Shown here: positions 51,969 to 63,529 of the stretch, piece after piece
How positions within the stretch are numbered: the first letter of the stretch is position 1
Layout: every line of letters begins with the position of its first letter
NCBI GenBank assembly: GCA_046290465.1
Contig: JBKAGP010000001.1
Location: forward strand, 2,496,001 to 2,560,000
Direction: 5' to 3'
Length of the DNA: 64,000 nucleotides
Source: Planctomycetota bacterium
GTDB lineage: Bacteria; Planctomycetota; UBA1135; UBA2386
Translations under genes and position numbers: made by a program
The notes under the pieces: model-generated
What the model saw: only the letters and a program-made list of their open reading frames with translations
The model's database searches: none
What the model was told of the DNA's origin: nothing

Positions 51969-53129
51969 CTACTTCTTCGCGAACTCCTTCGGGAGGTCGC
52001 CGGTCAGCGCGTTCAGGAAGGCGACCAGCGCCTCGACCTGCTCCGGCTTCAGCTTCTTGTTGAGCTGGTTGTCGGCCATGTCCTTGACGGCGTCCTCGAG
52101 CGTCGCGATCGAACCGTCGTGGTAGTACGGCGCGGTCTTCGCGACGTTGAGCAGGCTCGGCACCTTGAACATGTACTTGTCGCTCTCCTGGCCGGTCACC
52201 TGCATGCGCCCGGTGTCCTTGCCGCTGTACGGCTTCAGCACGCCGAGCTTCTGGTAGGTGTGGCCGCCGAGCAGGCGGGTCATGTGGCACTGCGTGCAGC
52301 CGACGTCCATGAACGTCTTGAGACCGAGCAGCTCCTCGTTGCTCATCGCCTTCTGGTTGCCGTCGAGGTAGGCGTCCCACTTGGACTTCGTCACCAGCGT
52401 GCGCTCGAACGCGCCGATCGCGGCGCCGAGGTTGCCGGCCGTGATCGGATCGTCCTGACCGGGGAAGGCCTTCTGGAACAGGCCGACGAGCCGGTCCTGC
52501 TCCTTGATCTTGGTGATCGCCGCGGCGGTGTCGGCGAACCCGTGCGCGATCGGATCGACGACCTGCGCTTCGACCGACTCGCTGCGCCCGTCCCAGAACT
52601 GCCGGAAGTGGCGGAACGCGTTGTAGGTCGTCGGCGCGTTGCGGTCGCCCTTCTCCCCGGACGAGGTCTTCTGGTTGTCGACGCCGTAGTTGGCGAGGTC
52701 GTGGCACGACGCGCAGCTCTGCTCGCTGTTCGCCGACAGGCCACGAGCGTGGTAGAGCGCGTTGCCGAGCGCGACCAGGTCGGGCGTCGCCTCGACCTCG
52801 GCCTTCGGCGACGACGGGTCGTTGCCGAACAGCGGCTTGACCAGCGCGGTGTTGATGCGCGGCCGACGGATGCGCTTCTTCGGCTTCGGATCCTGTGGTG
52901 CGTCGGCCTTCGGTGCGGCCGCATTCGAGGTGCCGTTCGCAGGCGTATCGGCCTTCTGCGCGTTGGCATCCGCCTGGCCGTCGCCGCCCCCGTTCGAAGC
53001 AACCTCACCGCTGCCGGACGAGGAGGAGTTGGTGTTCGCCGCGTTCTGCGGCGAGGTCTTCGTCTCGCCGCCACAGGCGAGCAACAGGACGACCGGCAGG
53101 CAGCCAGTCAGCAGGGATCCGATCTTCAT
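51969..53129 (-). CDS. Di-haem cytochrome c peroxidase lipoprotein
   Basis: Lipobox LLAC; CASCH and CTQCH; RNAPT, QFWDGR, FKVPSLLNV..TAPYYHDG. Confidence 0.92.
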   Translation of the reverse strand: MKIGSLLTGCLPVVLLLACGGETKTSPQNAANTNSSSSGSGEVASNGGGDGQADANAQKADTPANGTSNAAAPKADAPQDPKPKKRIRRPRINTALVKPLFGNDPSSPKAEVEATPDLVALGNALYHARGLSANSEQSCASCHDLANYGVDNQKTSSGEKGDRNAPTTYNAFRHFRQFWDGRSESVEAQVVDPIAHGFADTAAAITKIKEQDRLVGLFQKAFPGQDDPITAGNLGAAIGAFERTLVTKSKWDAYLDGNQKAMSNEELLGLKTFMDVGCTQCHMTRLLGGHTYQKLGVLKPYSGKDTGRMQVTGQESDKYMFKVPSLLNVAKTAPYYHDGSIATLEDAVKDMADNQLNKKLKPEQVEALVAFLNALTGDLPKEFAKK

Positions 53130-53349
53130 GGTGGTAGGTGTAGGGCGCGTCCGGATGACTTTCACGTGATGCAACTTCCGGTGGCCGAACGGGATTTCAT
53201 CTGCGGTGCTCGCAACGGCTTGCAGCGCGCATCGCCCCGCCGCGGTCGCCGCCGGCCGCGCGCCGGATCGCAACGGGCCATGTAACGACCTGGTGCACAA
53301 GGACATGCCGCTTGCATCCAAAGGACGGGAGCGGCGATAACCCAAGACG

Positions 53350-53928
53350 ATGTCCGGTCTGATTCTGGGGAGCGGCTCGCGCTATCGGCGGCTGCTGATG
53401 GAGCGACTACAAGTGCCGTTCGACGTCGAGGTTCCCGACGTCGACGAGGCACCGGCCAAGGCCAGCGGCGCGCAGCCGCAGGCGATCGTGCAGGAGCTGG
53501 CCCGGACCAAGGCGCGCGCGGTCTTCGACCGCCACCCGAAGTCGGTGGTGATCGGCTGCGACCAGGCAGCCGTGCTCGAGGGCGATCTGCTCAGCAAGCC
53601 GCACACCGAGGCCAATGCGATCGCGCAGCTGCAGTCGCTGCGCGGCCGCGAACACCGCCTGATCACGGCCGTCGCGATCGCACACCACGACGGCCTGGTC
53701 GAGTTCACCGACATCACGCGCCTGACCATGCGCGCCCTCAGCGACGCCGAGATCGAGCGCTACGTGCAGCGCGAGCAACCGCTGGACTGCGCTGGCAGCT
53801 ACAAGATCGAAGGTCTCGGGGTGACGTTGTTCGATCGGATCGACACGCGCGACCACACCGCGATCATCGGCCTGCCGCTGATGCAGCTGTGCGCCGAGCT
53901 GCGCAAGCTGGGCGTGGCCCTGCCGTAG
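53350..53928 (+). CDS. maf: Maf-family nucleoside triphosphate pyrophosphatase (YceF-like)
   Basis: LILGSGSRYR, VIGCDQ, KP, PLDCAGSYKIEGLG, IIGLP. Confidence 0.93.
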   Translation: MSGLILGSGSRYRRLLMERLQVPFDVEVPDVDEAPAKASGAQPQAIVQELARTKARAVFDRHPKSVVIGCDQAAVLEGDLLSKPHTEANAIAQLQSLRGREHRLITAVAIAHHDGLVEFTDITRLTMRALSDAEIERYVQREQPLDCAGSYKIEGLGVTLFDRIDTRDHTAIIGLPLMQLCAELRKLGVALP

Positions 53929-53934
53929 CGGGGT

Positions 53935-54582
53935 CTACCAGTAGACGTCGATGCAGGCGCGCACGCGCGCCAGCACCTCGCGACCGCGGTTCTTCCACAG
54001 CACCGGCAGCGAGTAGGTGGAGAGCGGCGGAGCCGCGACGCCGTAGGTCTCGAGGCCGAAGTGGCGGCCGAGGAACACCATGCGCGGCACGTGGAAGTCG
54101 TTGCTGGCGACGATCGCCGACGACATGCCGAAGGTCCGGCGACAGTTGCGCAGCGAGTCGATGGTGCGCAGGCCGTCGGGGTCGTCATGGATGGCAGCCG
54201 GCGGCACGCCGCGACGCTGCAGCCAGCGACGCATCGCCCCCACCTCGTCGACGGCAACCGACCCGCCGCCGCGGCCGCTGACGACGATCGCCGGCGCCTT
54301 GCCGTGGCGAAACAGGTCCAGCGCGGCCGCCAGCCGGTCCTCCAGCATCGAATAGGGTCGCCCGTCGGCGTGGATCCGGGCGCCGGGCACCAGGATGCAG
54401 TCGGCCTGCGGCGCGTCCGCGACCCCGTGCAGGAACGGCTCGGCGCCCTGGACCACGTGGCGCTGAACCAGCCATACCGCCGCGCACAGCAGCAGGGTCA
54501 GCACCAGCAGCCCACGCCTGAGCCGGCGCAGGCGGCGGCGGCGCGCCGGCGGTGCCGGGGCCTGTTGTTCGGGATTCTTCAC
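53935..54582 (-). CDS. SanA/ElyC (DUF218) family protein
   Basis: TM helix, LVPGA, L.DRL, VSG, E..AM, G.RT.DS, FHVPR, REVLAR. Confidence 0.88.
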   Translation of the reverse strand: MKNPEQQAPAPPARRRRLRRLRRGLLVLTLLLCAAVWLVQRHVVQGAEPFLHGVADAPQADCILVPGARIHADGRPYSMLEDRLAAALDLFRHGKAPAIVVSGRGGGSVAVDEVGAMRRWLQRRGVPPAAIHDDPDGLRTIDSLRNCRRTFGMSSAIVASNDFHVPRMVFLGRHFGLETYGVAAPPLSTYSLPVLWKNRGREVLARVRACIDVYW

Positions 54583-54686
54583 GGCACGGCTCCGGGCCGC
54601 AGTTGACCGCCGATTCGCTTTCGCGACAATCCTTCGCCGCCTTTCCAGGCCGCAGCACCACCAGACGCCACCAGCAGCCACCTTTC

Positions 54687-56522
<1,836 letters not shown>

Positions 56523-56545
56523 CAACCCGCTAGACTGCAGCGCGC

Positions 56546-57274
56546 ATGGCCCGCGTGAACCCAGCCATCCAGAAGGCGCGCGAACGTTCGCTGCTCGAAC
56601 TCAGCGAACGGCTGGGCTACGAGTTTCGCGACATCGCGCTGCTCGACCGCGCGCTGACGCACGCGTCGATGGGCAACGAGGGCAAGAAGAGCTACGAGCG
56701 GCTCGAGTTCCTCGGGGACGCGTTCTTGAACTTCGCCGTCGCCGACGTGCTGTTCCGTCAGGACAACGACGTCGCCGAGGGCCGCCTCACCGAAACCCGC
56801 GCCCGCATCGTCAGCCGCCAGCCGCTGGCCAGCGCTGCGCGGCGGCTCGACCTGCAGTCCCACCTGCTGTCGGGCAAGGGCCTGCGCGAGAGCGAGCGCG
56901 GCAGCGCCCGCATCCTCTGCGACCTGATGGAGTCGGTGCTGGGTGCCGTGCTGATCGACGGCGGCGTCACGCCGGCACGCGCGTTCGTGCGACGCCACAT
57001 CTTGCCCAAGAACGCCAAGGCTGACCCGGCCGCGGAGCAGGAGAAGGACGCCAAGACCGCGCTGCTGCACCACTGCCAGCACAACAAGCTGGGCCAGCCG
57101 CGCTACGAACTGGTCGAGACCATCGGCCTGCAGCACGAACAGGAGTTCGTCGTGCGCGCCCACCTCGAGGACGGCCGCGACGCCAGCGGCTCCGGCCGCA
57201 CCAAGCGCGCCGCCGAGAAACAGGCCGCCGCCCGCCTCCTGACCCGCCTCCGCAAACGGCGCCCAGCTTCGTAG
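56546..57274 (+). CDS. rnc: Ribonuclease III
   Basis: ALTHAS, ERLEFLGDA, D..ES..GA, C-terminal dsRBD. Confidence 0.95.
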   Translation: MARVNPAIQKARERSLLELSERLGYEFRDIALLDRALTHASMGNEGKKSYERLEFLGDAFLNFAVADVLFRQDNDVAEGRLTETRARIVSRQPLASAARRLDLQSHLLSGKGLRESERGSARILCDLMESVLGAVLIDGGVTPARAFVRRHILPKNAKADPAAEQEKDAKTALLHHCQHNKLGQPRYELVETIGLQHEQEFVVRAHLEDGRDASGSGRTKRAAEKQAAARLLTRLRKRRPAS

Positions 57275-57324
57275 ATCTGGTTCGCCTGGTGCCGGGTTGG
57301 TCGGTCTGGTTCCGCGACGGCGAC

Positions 57325-58191
57325 CTACACTCCACCCGGCCGGTCCGTAGCTTCCCTTCCCGGAACCAGAGTCGCGGACGGAACCGGAGCCGCGGATCGG
57401 AGCGGGCTTGCGAGCCGGCGGCGGGGTAGGAGCGGGGCGAGCAGGGCGGTGATGTAGTTGCGTTCGAACGGCTCGGCGATGCCGACCTTCTTCGGCATGC
57501 GGCGCGGGTCGTGGTAGGTGCCGAACGCGAGGTCCATCAGCGGACTCAGGTTGGCGAAGTTGACCATGCCGCGGGTCGCGATGGCATGGTGCCAGTGGTG
57601 CAGCCGCGGCGCGCCGATCAGGTAGCGCAGCGGGCCCGGATCGACGTTGGTGTTGGAGTGGATGAAGATCGCCCACATGCCGCGGAACACGGCGAAGCCA
57701 GCAATCGTGTACATCGGGAACCCGAGCAGCAGCAGCGGCACGTTCTCGACGGTGCGCGTGTAGAGGTTGTCGAGCGGATGCTCGCGGTGCGCCGCCAGCC
57801 AGTCCATGCGCTCGGCGGTGTGGTGCACGCGATGGAAGCGCCACAAAAACGCGTTGTGGTGCTGCCAGCGGTGCGCCCAGTAGATCGCGCAATCGCTGAT
57901 CAGGATCGCGACGCCGAACTGCAGCCACCACGGCCACGCTGCGAACGCGGCGCGTGCTCCCTGCAGAGACCCCTGCAGGGGCAGGTGCTCCATCTGCGCG
58001 TGGCCCCACGTGATCGCCAGCACGACCGGCGTGTTCCACAGCAGGTACTGCCCGAGGAAGTAGCAGAGATCCGCCCCGAACCCGCGCCGCAAGAACCCCT
58101 GGCGCCGCGCGGTGAACGTGCGCTCGAGCGGCAGGAAGATCAGCGTCAGGATCCCGAACGAGATCACCGCGTGCTCCAGGTCGTCGAACAT
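57325..58191 (-). CDS. Sterol desaturase / fatty acid hydroxylase family protein
   Basis: His boxes YWAHRWQH, FHRVHH, HSN, HHWHH. Confidence 0.92.
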   Translation of the reverse strand: MFDDLEHAVISFGILTLIFLPLERTFTARRQGFLRRGFGADLCYFLGQYLLWNTPVVLAITWGHAQMEHLPLQGSLQGARAAFAAWPWWLQFGVAILISDCAIYWAHRWQHHNAFLWRFHRVHHTAERMDWLAAHREHPLDNLYTRTVENVPLLLLGFPMYTIAGFAVFRGMWAIFIHSNTNVDPGPLRYLIGAPRLHHWHHAIATRGMVNFANLSPLMDLAFGTYHDPRRMPKKVGIAEPFERNYITALLAPLLPRRRLASPLRSAAPVPSATLVPGREATDRPGGV

Positions 58192-58193
58192 CG

Positions 58194-58646
58194 CTAGTCG
58201 CCGCCGCCTTTGCCGCCGCCCTTGCCGGCCCCCTTCTTGGCCGCGCCCGCGGCCGGCTTCTTCGGCGCGCCACCCGCCGGCCCGGCCTTCTCGCCGCTGG
58301 CCGCAGGCTCGGCCGGGATCACCAGGACCTTCGACGACGGCAGCAGCGGCGCCGGCTGCACGTCCTGGATCGGAACGCTGCCCGACTTGCTGCTGGACAG
58401 CAACGGCTCCTCCAGCACGACGTCCTTCGAGGACGGCAGCAACACGGCATCGGGCTGGTCGCCAGCAGCACCACCACCGCCATCGCCATCGACCGGCTGC
58501 GGCGCCGCCTGCCCGGGCCGCTGCGCCTGCCGCCGGTCCGCGCCCTGCTGCGCGTGGTAGACCAGATAGCCGACGACGCCGATCGCGATCACGACGGCGA
58601 ACACCTTGAAGACGGGAGAAGACGACGAAGCGTGGCTGCGGCTCAT
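58194..58646 (-). CDS. Small membrane-anchored low-complexity protein with three LL(P/S)SSK motifs
   Basis: N-terminal TM; VLLPSSK, PLLSSSK, PLLPSSK; Gly/Lys-rich tail; 2-bp gap to the desaturase start. Confidence 0.7.
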   Translation of the reverse strand: MSRSHASSSSPVFKVFAVVIAIGVVGYLVYHAQQGADRRQAQRPGQAAPQPVDGDGGGGAAGDQPDAVLLPSSKDVVLEEPLLSSSKSGSVPIQDVQPAPLLPSSKVLVIPAEPAASGEKAGPAGGAPKKPAAGAAKKGAGKGGGKGGGD

Positions 58647-58755
58647 GGCATTTCCTGGAAGGCTTCGTTCTAGCCGAGCCGACCGACCGGTTCGGTAAGC
58701 GCCGCGTCAGCCTCCGCGATTGCAACCCGGAGCGGAAGCCCCCACGATCCCGCCC

Positions 58756-59598
58756 ATGGCAACGATCGCAGTCTTGGGCACCGGCCTCCTCGGTGCAGCC
58801 TTCGTGGAGAACCTCCTCGAGAAGGGCCACACCGTCCGCGTCTGGAACCGCACCCGGGAGAAGCTACAGCCGCTGGTCGACAAGGGCGCCATTGCCGCCG
58901 ACGACCCCGCCGACTGCGTGCGCGGCGCCGAGCGCGTGCACCTGGTGCTGGCCGAGGACACCGCGGTGGACGCCGTGATCCCGCAACTCCTGCCCGGCCT
59001 CGGCGACAACGTGCCGCTGGTCGACTTCTCGACCAACCTGCCGCAGAAGGTGCGCGAACGGTTCGAACGGCTGCGCGCCGCCGGCGTTCGCTACGTCTCG
59101 TCGCCGGTGTTCATGGCGCCCAAGCACGCCCGCGAGGCCAGCGGCCTGATCGTCATGAGCGGCCCCGCGGCCGACGCCGACGAACTGCGCCCGGCACTCG
59201 AGACGATGACCGGCAAGTTCTGGTACGTCGGCGAGCGCGTCGACCTCGCGGCGATCTACAAGCTCGCCGGCAACGCGTTCTACTTCGCCGTCACCGCCGC
59301 GGTCGGCGACACGCTGGCGCTCGGCCGCGCCAACGGCGTCGACGGCGCGACCATGATGCAGTTGTTCCAGGAGTTCAAGCCGGGCAGCGGCCTGCACATG
59401 GTCGAGCAGCGCATCGCCAGCGCCGGCAGCGGCACCGCGAGCTTCGAGATGACGATGGCGCACAAGGACGCACGCCTGACCAGGGAAGCGTCCGGCGACC
59501 AGCACCTCTACGTGCTGCCCGCGGTGCTCGACGGCCTGCAGCGCGGCATCGACAAGGGCCACGGCGAGGCGGACTTCGCCGCCTTCGCCAAGGTCTGA
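58756..59598 (+). CDS. NAD(P)-dependent oxidoreductase, 3-hydroxyisobutyrate dehydrogenase family
   Basis: GTGLLG Rossmann motif, WNRT, VDFST, KLAGN, KD. Confidence 0.88.
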   Translation: MATIAVLGTGLLGAAFVENLLEKGHTVRVWNRTREKLQPLVDKGAIAADDPADCVRGAERVHLVLAEDTAVDAVIPQLLPGLGDNVPLVDFSTNLPQKVRERFERLRAAGVRYVSSPVFMAPKHAREASGLIVMSGPAADADELRPALETMTGKFWYVGERVDLAAIYKLAGNAFYFAVTAAVGDTLALGRANGVDGATMMQLFQEFKPGSGLHMVEQRIASAGSGTASFEMTMAHKDARLTREASGDQHLYVLPAVLDGLQRGIDKGHGEADFAAFAKV

Positions 59599-59607
59599 GC
59601 GGCACGC

Positions 59608-60711
59608 CTACTTGTCGAAGTCGAGTTCGGGCAGCTTCTCGCTCTTGTCGCCGCGCGCATCGAAGACCTTCAGCTTCAGCGGGATCCTGGCGCTCTCGAC
59701 GTCGCGCGGACTCAGGTGCTTGCGCTTGCCGAGCCGTTCGATCAGCTGATCGAGCTCGGCGCGACGGCGCTCGAAGCCCGCACGGGTCTCGGCCTCGAGC
59801 TGCTCGGCGCCCTTCCACTGCACGAACAAGGAAGGGTAGATGCCGACGTCGGTGCCGGCCGCGGCGTTGAGCCACAGCATCGCAACGGTCAACGACGGCC
59901 GTTCCTGACGGGCATGGCCCTCGAGCTGATACGCCTGGTAGACCGCCTTCTCCTTGCGGCTCAGGTAGATCGCGGGCAGCGGGTCCACGGCCGGCACGAC
60001 CACCCGATCGCCCTGTTCGCCCGAACCGCGCGTCGTCAGGTCCAGCTCGACCAACGGCGGAAAGCCGGGCTCGGTCTTGAGTCGCGGCGGCTTGCGGCCG
60101 CCGCCGAGGCCGACGGCACTGTTCCACACGTTGTCGGGATCGCCGTCCTCGACCGTCACGGTGAACGTGATCTCGGCGCCTTCGAGCGCGTACAGCACCA
60201 GATCGCGCACGCCGCGCTTCTTGTGGATCAGCAGCTGCCCGGCCGCACGTCGCACCAGGTCCCGGTTGGACGCCGGCTGCTTCGCGATGCGAACCAGGTC
60301 CATCGCGTAGGCCACCGGATCCTGCGCCATCACCGCGAACGCCGCGTCACGGGTCAGCGGATGCTCCAGCAGGCGCGCCAGCACCGCCGGCGGCGCCTTG
60401 CGGCCGACGCGCAGCAGGCCGTCGAGCAGGTGCAGCTGCACGACCAGCTGGGTGTCGGTCAGCTCGTCGCCGGTCGCGGCCCACTCGTTGAGTTCGCGCA
60501 GGATGCCGCCGCCAGCCTTGTAGAGGCGATACTTGCCCGCGAGGTAGGCTCCCCACGCCACGTCGCCCGCCTGGTCGGACTTCAGCAGTTCCTTGACGCG
60601 CGGCAGCAGCAGGTCGTCGAGTTGATCGCCGTGATCCTGCGCAGCCGCCTCGTGGGCACACAGCAGAACGGGCAGCAGCAGCGACAGCAGACGGGACACG
60701 GGGCTCCTCAT
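59608..60711 (-). CDS. Secreted hypothetical protein
   Basis: Signal peptide ending AAAQ; helical N-terminal half; no family recognised. Confidence 0.65.
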   Translation of the reverse strand: MRSPVSRLLSLLLPVLLCAHEAAAQDHGDQLDDLLLPRVKELLKSDQAGDVAWGAYLAGKYRLYKAGGGILRELNEWAATGDELTDTQLVVQLHLLDGLLRVGRKAPPAVLARLLEHPLTRDAAFAVMAQDPVAYAMDLVRIAKQPASNRDLVRRAAGQLLIHKKRGVRDLVLYALEGAEITFTVTVEDGDPDNVWNSAVGLGGGRKPPRLKTEPGFPPLVELDLTTRGSGEQGDRVVVPAVDPLPAIYLSRKEKAVYQAYQLEGHARQERPSLTVAMLWLNAAAGTDVGIYPSLFVQWKGAEQLEAETRAGFERRRAELDQLIERLGKRKHLSPRDVESARIPLKLKVFDARGDKSEKLPELDFDK

Positions 60712-60778
60712 GGCGCCCATCATGCCACGGAGCGGCGCCGGCAGCCGACAGGTCCGCGCCAGAGAACGGGCCATCGGG

Positions 60779-63529
60779 CTACATCTTCTCGATCCTGGCG
60801 CGCAGGGCGGCGGCGCGGTCGGTGTCTCCCTGCGCGAGCCGCACCTGCAGCAGGTGCTGGTGCAGCCGCCGGACCAGGCCCGGCGGTGCGCCGCCGCAGC
60901 GTTCGCAGCCGGCGATCGCCCGCTCGATCCACTGCCCGGCCTCACCGTGGCGGCCCATCATGAACAGCGTCGAATACAGCGGCGTCAACGCGCCCCAGGT
61001 GCGCAGGTCCTGCTCGCCGAAGGCCGCGAGCCGGCGCCGGTGGCCGTCGCGGGCGAGTTCGACCGCCCGTTCGAAGTCGCGATGCACGTAGCAGGCGCGC
61101 ACCAGCGCATCGATCCCGCGCAGCACCAGCTCGTGCTCGGGCCCGTGGATCGTGCGGCGCATCTGCAGCGCCCGCTCGGCGAGCGCGAGGCTGCGACGGC
61201 GCTGCTCTTCGGAGCCTGCGAGCAGCGCGTAGTGCTCGAGGGCCGCGGCGTGCTGCGGCGTCGGCTCGCCGGCGACCGCGTCGAACACCTCGATCGCCTC
61301 GGCGAGCCGTTGCTCGGCATCGTCGATGCGCCCGGCCCCCACCAGCGCGACGCCGAGTTCGGTCAGGCAGACGCCAAGCTCCGGATGGGGCGCCGCGTAT
61401 TGTTGGCGGAAGATCGCGAGCGCCTCGGTCGACAGCGCGATCGCCTCGTCGAAGCGGCCGAGAGAACGTTCGAGCACCGACAGGTTGTCGAGCGCGATCG
61501 CGAGCTCACGGTGCGGGGTCTCGCCGAAGACGCGACGCCGGATCGCGAGCGACTCGCGCAGCAGCGGCGCGCCCTCGTCGCGGCGGCCGTGTTCGACCAG
61601 GCAGTGGCCGAGGTTCTGCAGCAGCGTCGCCAGCCGCAGGGTGTCAGGTTCGTGGCGGCGCGCCAGCGCGACGTCGTCACGCCAGCCGGCGACCGCCTCC
61701 TGCCAGCGGTCGGCCGCGGCGAGCACCGTCGACAGCGTGCTGTGCAGTTTTTGCCAGGCGCGCCCCGGTCGCTGCACCAACGCGAGCTGGTCGCGCAGCA
61801 GCCGCTCGGCGCGGCTGAGGTCCCGCCGCGCCCGCGCCAGCATGCTGGCCAGCCGGCGGCTCGCGTAGCGCCGGACCACCGCGTCGCCGTCGATCGACGG
61901 ACGCTGCAGCACGCGCTCGAAGCGTGCCATGGCGCGCTCGTGATCGCCGACCGCGTCCTCCTGATCGGCCTCGGCCAGCTCCAGGCGAAGCTGCTGCAGC
62001 GGCCCCGACAGCTCGCTCGCGGCGTAGCACGCGCGCGCGCGGGAGAGGTGATGGGCACTCGCCTGCAGTTCGCCGCGCGCATGGAACGCCTCGAACAGCA
62101 GCAGGTGCACGCTGCCCTGCACGAACGGCTCGTCGCCGTGCTCGTCGTCGACCTGCGCGGCAAAGCGCCGCACGACCTCCTCCATGTCGGCGGGCCGGCC
62201 GCCGTTGTGGTGCGGCACCGACTCGAGGATCAGTTCTTCGAGCACGGCGACCGAACGGTCGAGCGCCTGGCCGCGCAGCCGTTCGCGCAGCAGGGCCCGT
62301 TCGGCGACGTCGCGGGCGGCACGCGCCTCGCCGCGCTCCAGCAGCGCCCAGACCATGCCACCGCCGAGCGACGCCAGCACCAGCAGCGCCGCCGAGCACG
62401 CCACGCGGTGCCGGCGCACGAACTTGCGCAGCCGGTAGAGCGTGCTCGGGCGCCGCGCGACCACCGGCTCGTCGTCGAGCACCCGCTGCAGGTCGCGCGC
62501 CAGCGCGCCGGCGTCGGCGTAGCGCAGCGCCGGGTCCGCCGCCATCGCCTTGCCGACGACGGTCTCGACATCGGAGCCGGCGAGCGCGGGGCAGTGGCGG
62601 CCGAGCGGTTCGGGTTCGCGCTCGACGACCTGGCGGATCACGGCCGCGAGCGAAGTGTCGGGCAGGTCGAGCGGCGGCCGACCGGACAGCAGCTCGTAGG
62701 CGACGACGCCGAGCGAGTAGACGTCGATGCGCGCATCGAGCCGCGCGTCGCTGCGCGCCCCGCCGACCGAAGCCAGCAGCTCCGGCGCCATGTAGGTGAC
62801 GGTGCCGAGCACCTGCCCGGAGCGGGTCTGCAGGCGGTGGCCGCCGCCGTCGAGCACGCGCGCGATGCCGAAGTCGAGCACCTTGACGCGCCCCTGGCGG
62901 TCGACCAGCACGTTCTGCGGCTTGAGGTCGCGGTGCAGCACGCGCTGCGTGTGGGCGTGCGCGACCGCCTCGCACAGCTCCACGACGAGGCGCAGCCGCT
63001 CGGCGACGGGCAGGTCGCGACCGGCGCACCAGGCATCGATCGGTTCGCCGTCGACGAGCTCCATGACCAGGTAGGGAACGCCGTCGAACGCCGCCGCGTG
63101 GCCGACCCCGTAGACCTGCGCGATGCCCGGATGCGACAGCCGCGCCAGCGCGTCGCCCTCCTGCTGCAGGCGCGCCCGGCCGTGCTCGTCCTGCGCCATC
63201 GCGAACGACAGCGTCTTCAGCGCGACGCGCCGTTCGGGCTGCTGCTGCTGCGCCTCGTAGACGACCCCCATGCCGCCGCGGCCGAGCTCGCGCACGATCC
63301 GGAAGCCGTCGATGGTGCTGCCGACGAACGGCGACAGCACGCGTTCGGCGTGGTCGGCGACCGCGAACGTGAACGGATCGCGATCGCCGAGTTCGGCGTC
63401 GGCGCGCAGCAGCGACGTGACCCGCCGCCGCAGCTCGACGTCGTCGATCTCCGCCAGCAGCCCCGCGCGGCCGGCCTCGTCGAGTTCGACCGCCTCCAGG
63501 AACAGCTGCATCTCCCGCGGCTCACTCAT
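60779..63529 (-). CDS. Hanks-type Ser/Thr protein kinase with TM and TPR repeats
   Basis: GRGGMGVVY, VALK, HRDLKPQN, DFG, YMAPE, DVYSLG; TM helix; TPR-like repeats. Confidence 0.95.
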   Translation of the reverse strand: MSEPREMQLFLEAVELDEAGRAGLLAEIDDVELRRRVTSLLRADAELGDRDPFTFAVADHAERVLSPFVGSTIDGFRIVRELGRGGMGVVYEAQQQQPERRVALKTLSFAMAQDEHGRARLQQEGDALARLSHPGIAQVYGVGHAAAFDGVPYLVMELVDGEPIDAWCAGRDLPVAERLRLVVELCEAVAHAHTQRVLHRDLKPQNVLVDRQGRVKVLDFGIARVLDGGGHRLQTRSGQVLGTVTYMAPELLASVGGARSDARLDARIDVYSLGVVAYELLSGRPPLDLPDTSLAAVIRQVVEREPEPLGRHCPALAGSDVETVVGKAMAADPALRYADAGALARDLQRVLDDEPVVARRPSTLYRLRKFVRRHRVACSAALLVLASLGGGMVWALLERGEARAARDVAERALLRERLRGQALDRSVAVLEELILESVPHHNGGRPADMEEVVRRFAAQVDDEHGDEPFVQGSVHLLLFEAFHARGELQASAHHLSRARACYAASELSGPLQQLRLELAEADQEDAVGDHERAMARFERVLQRPSIDGDAVVRRYASRRLASMLARARRDLSRAERLLRDQLALVQRPGRAWQKLHSTLSTVLAAADRWQEAVAGWRDDVALARRHEPDTLRLATLLQNLGHCLVEHGRRDEGAPLLRESLAIRRRVFGETPHRELAIALDNLSVLERSLGRFDEAIALSTEALAIFRQQYAAPHPELGVCLTELGVALVGAGRIDDAEQRLAEAIEVFDAVAGEPTPQHAAALEHYALLAGSEEQRRRSLALAERALQMRRTIHGPEHELVLRGIDALVRACYVHRDFERAVELARDGHRRRLAAFGEQDLRTWGALTPLYSTLFMMGRHGEAGQWIERAIAGCERCGGAPPGLVRRLHQHLLQVRLAQGDTDRAAALRARIEKM

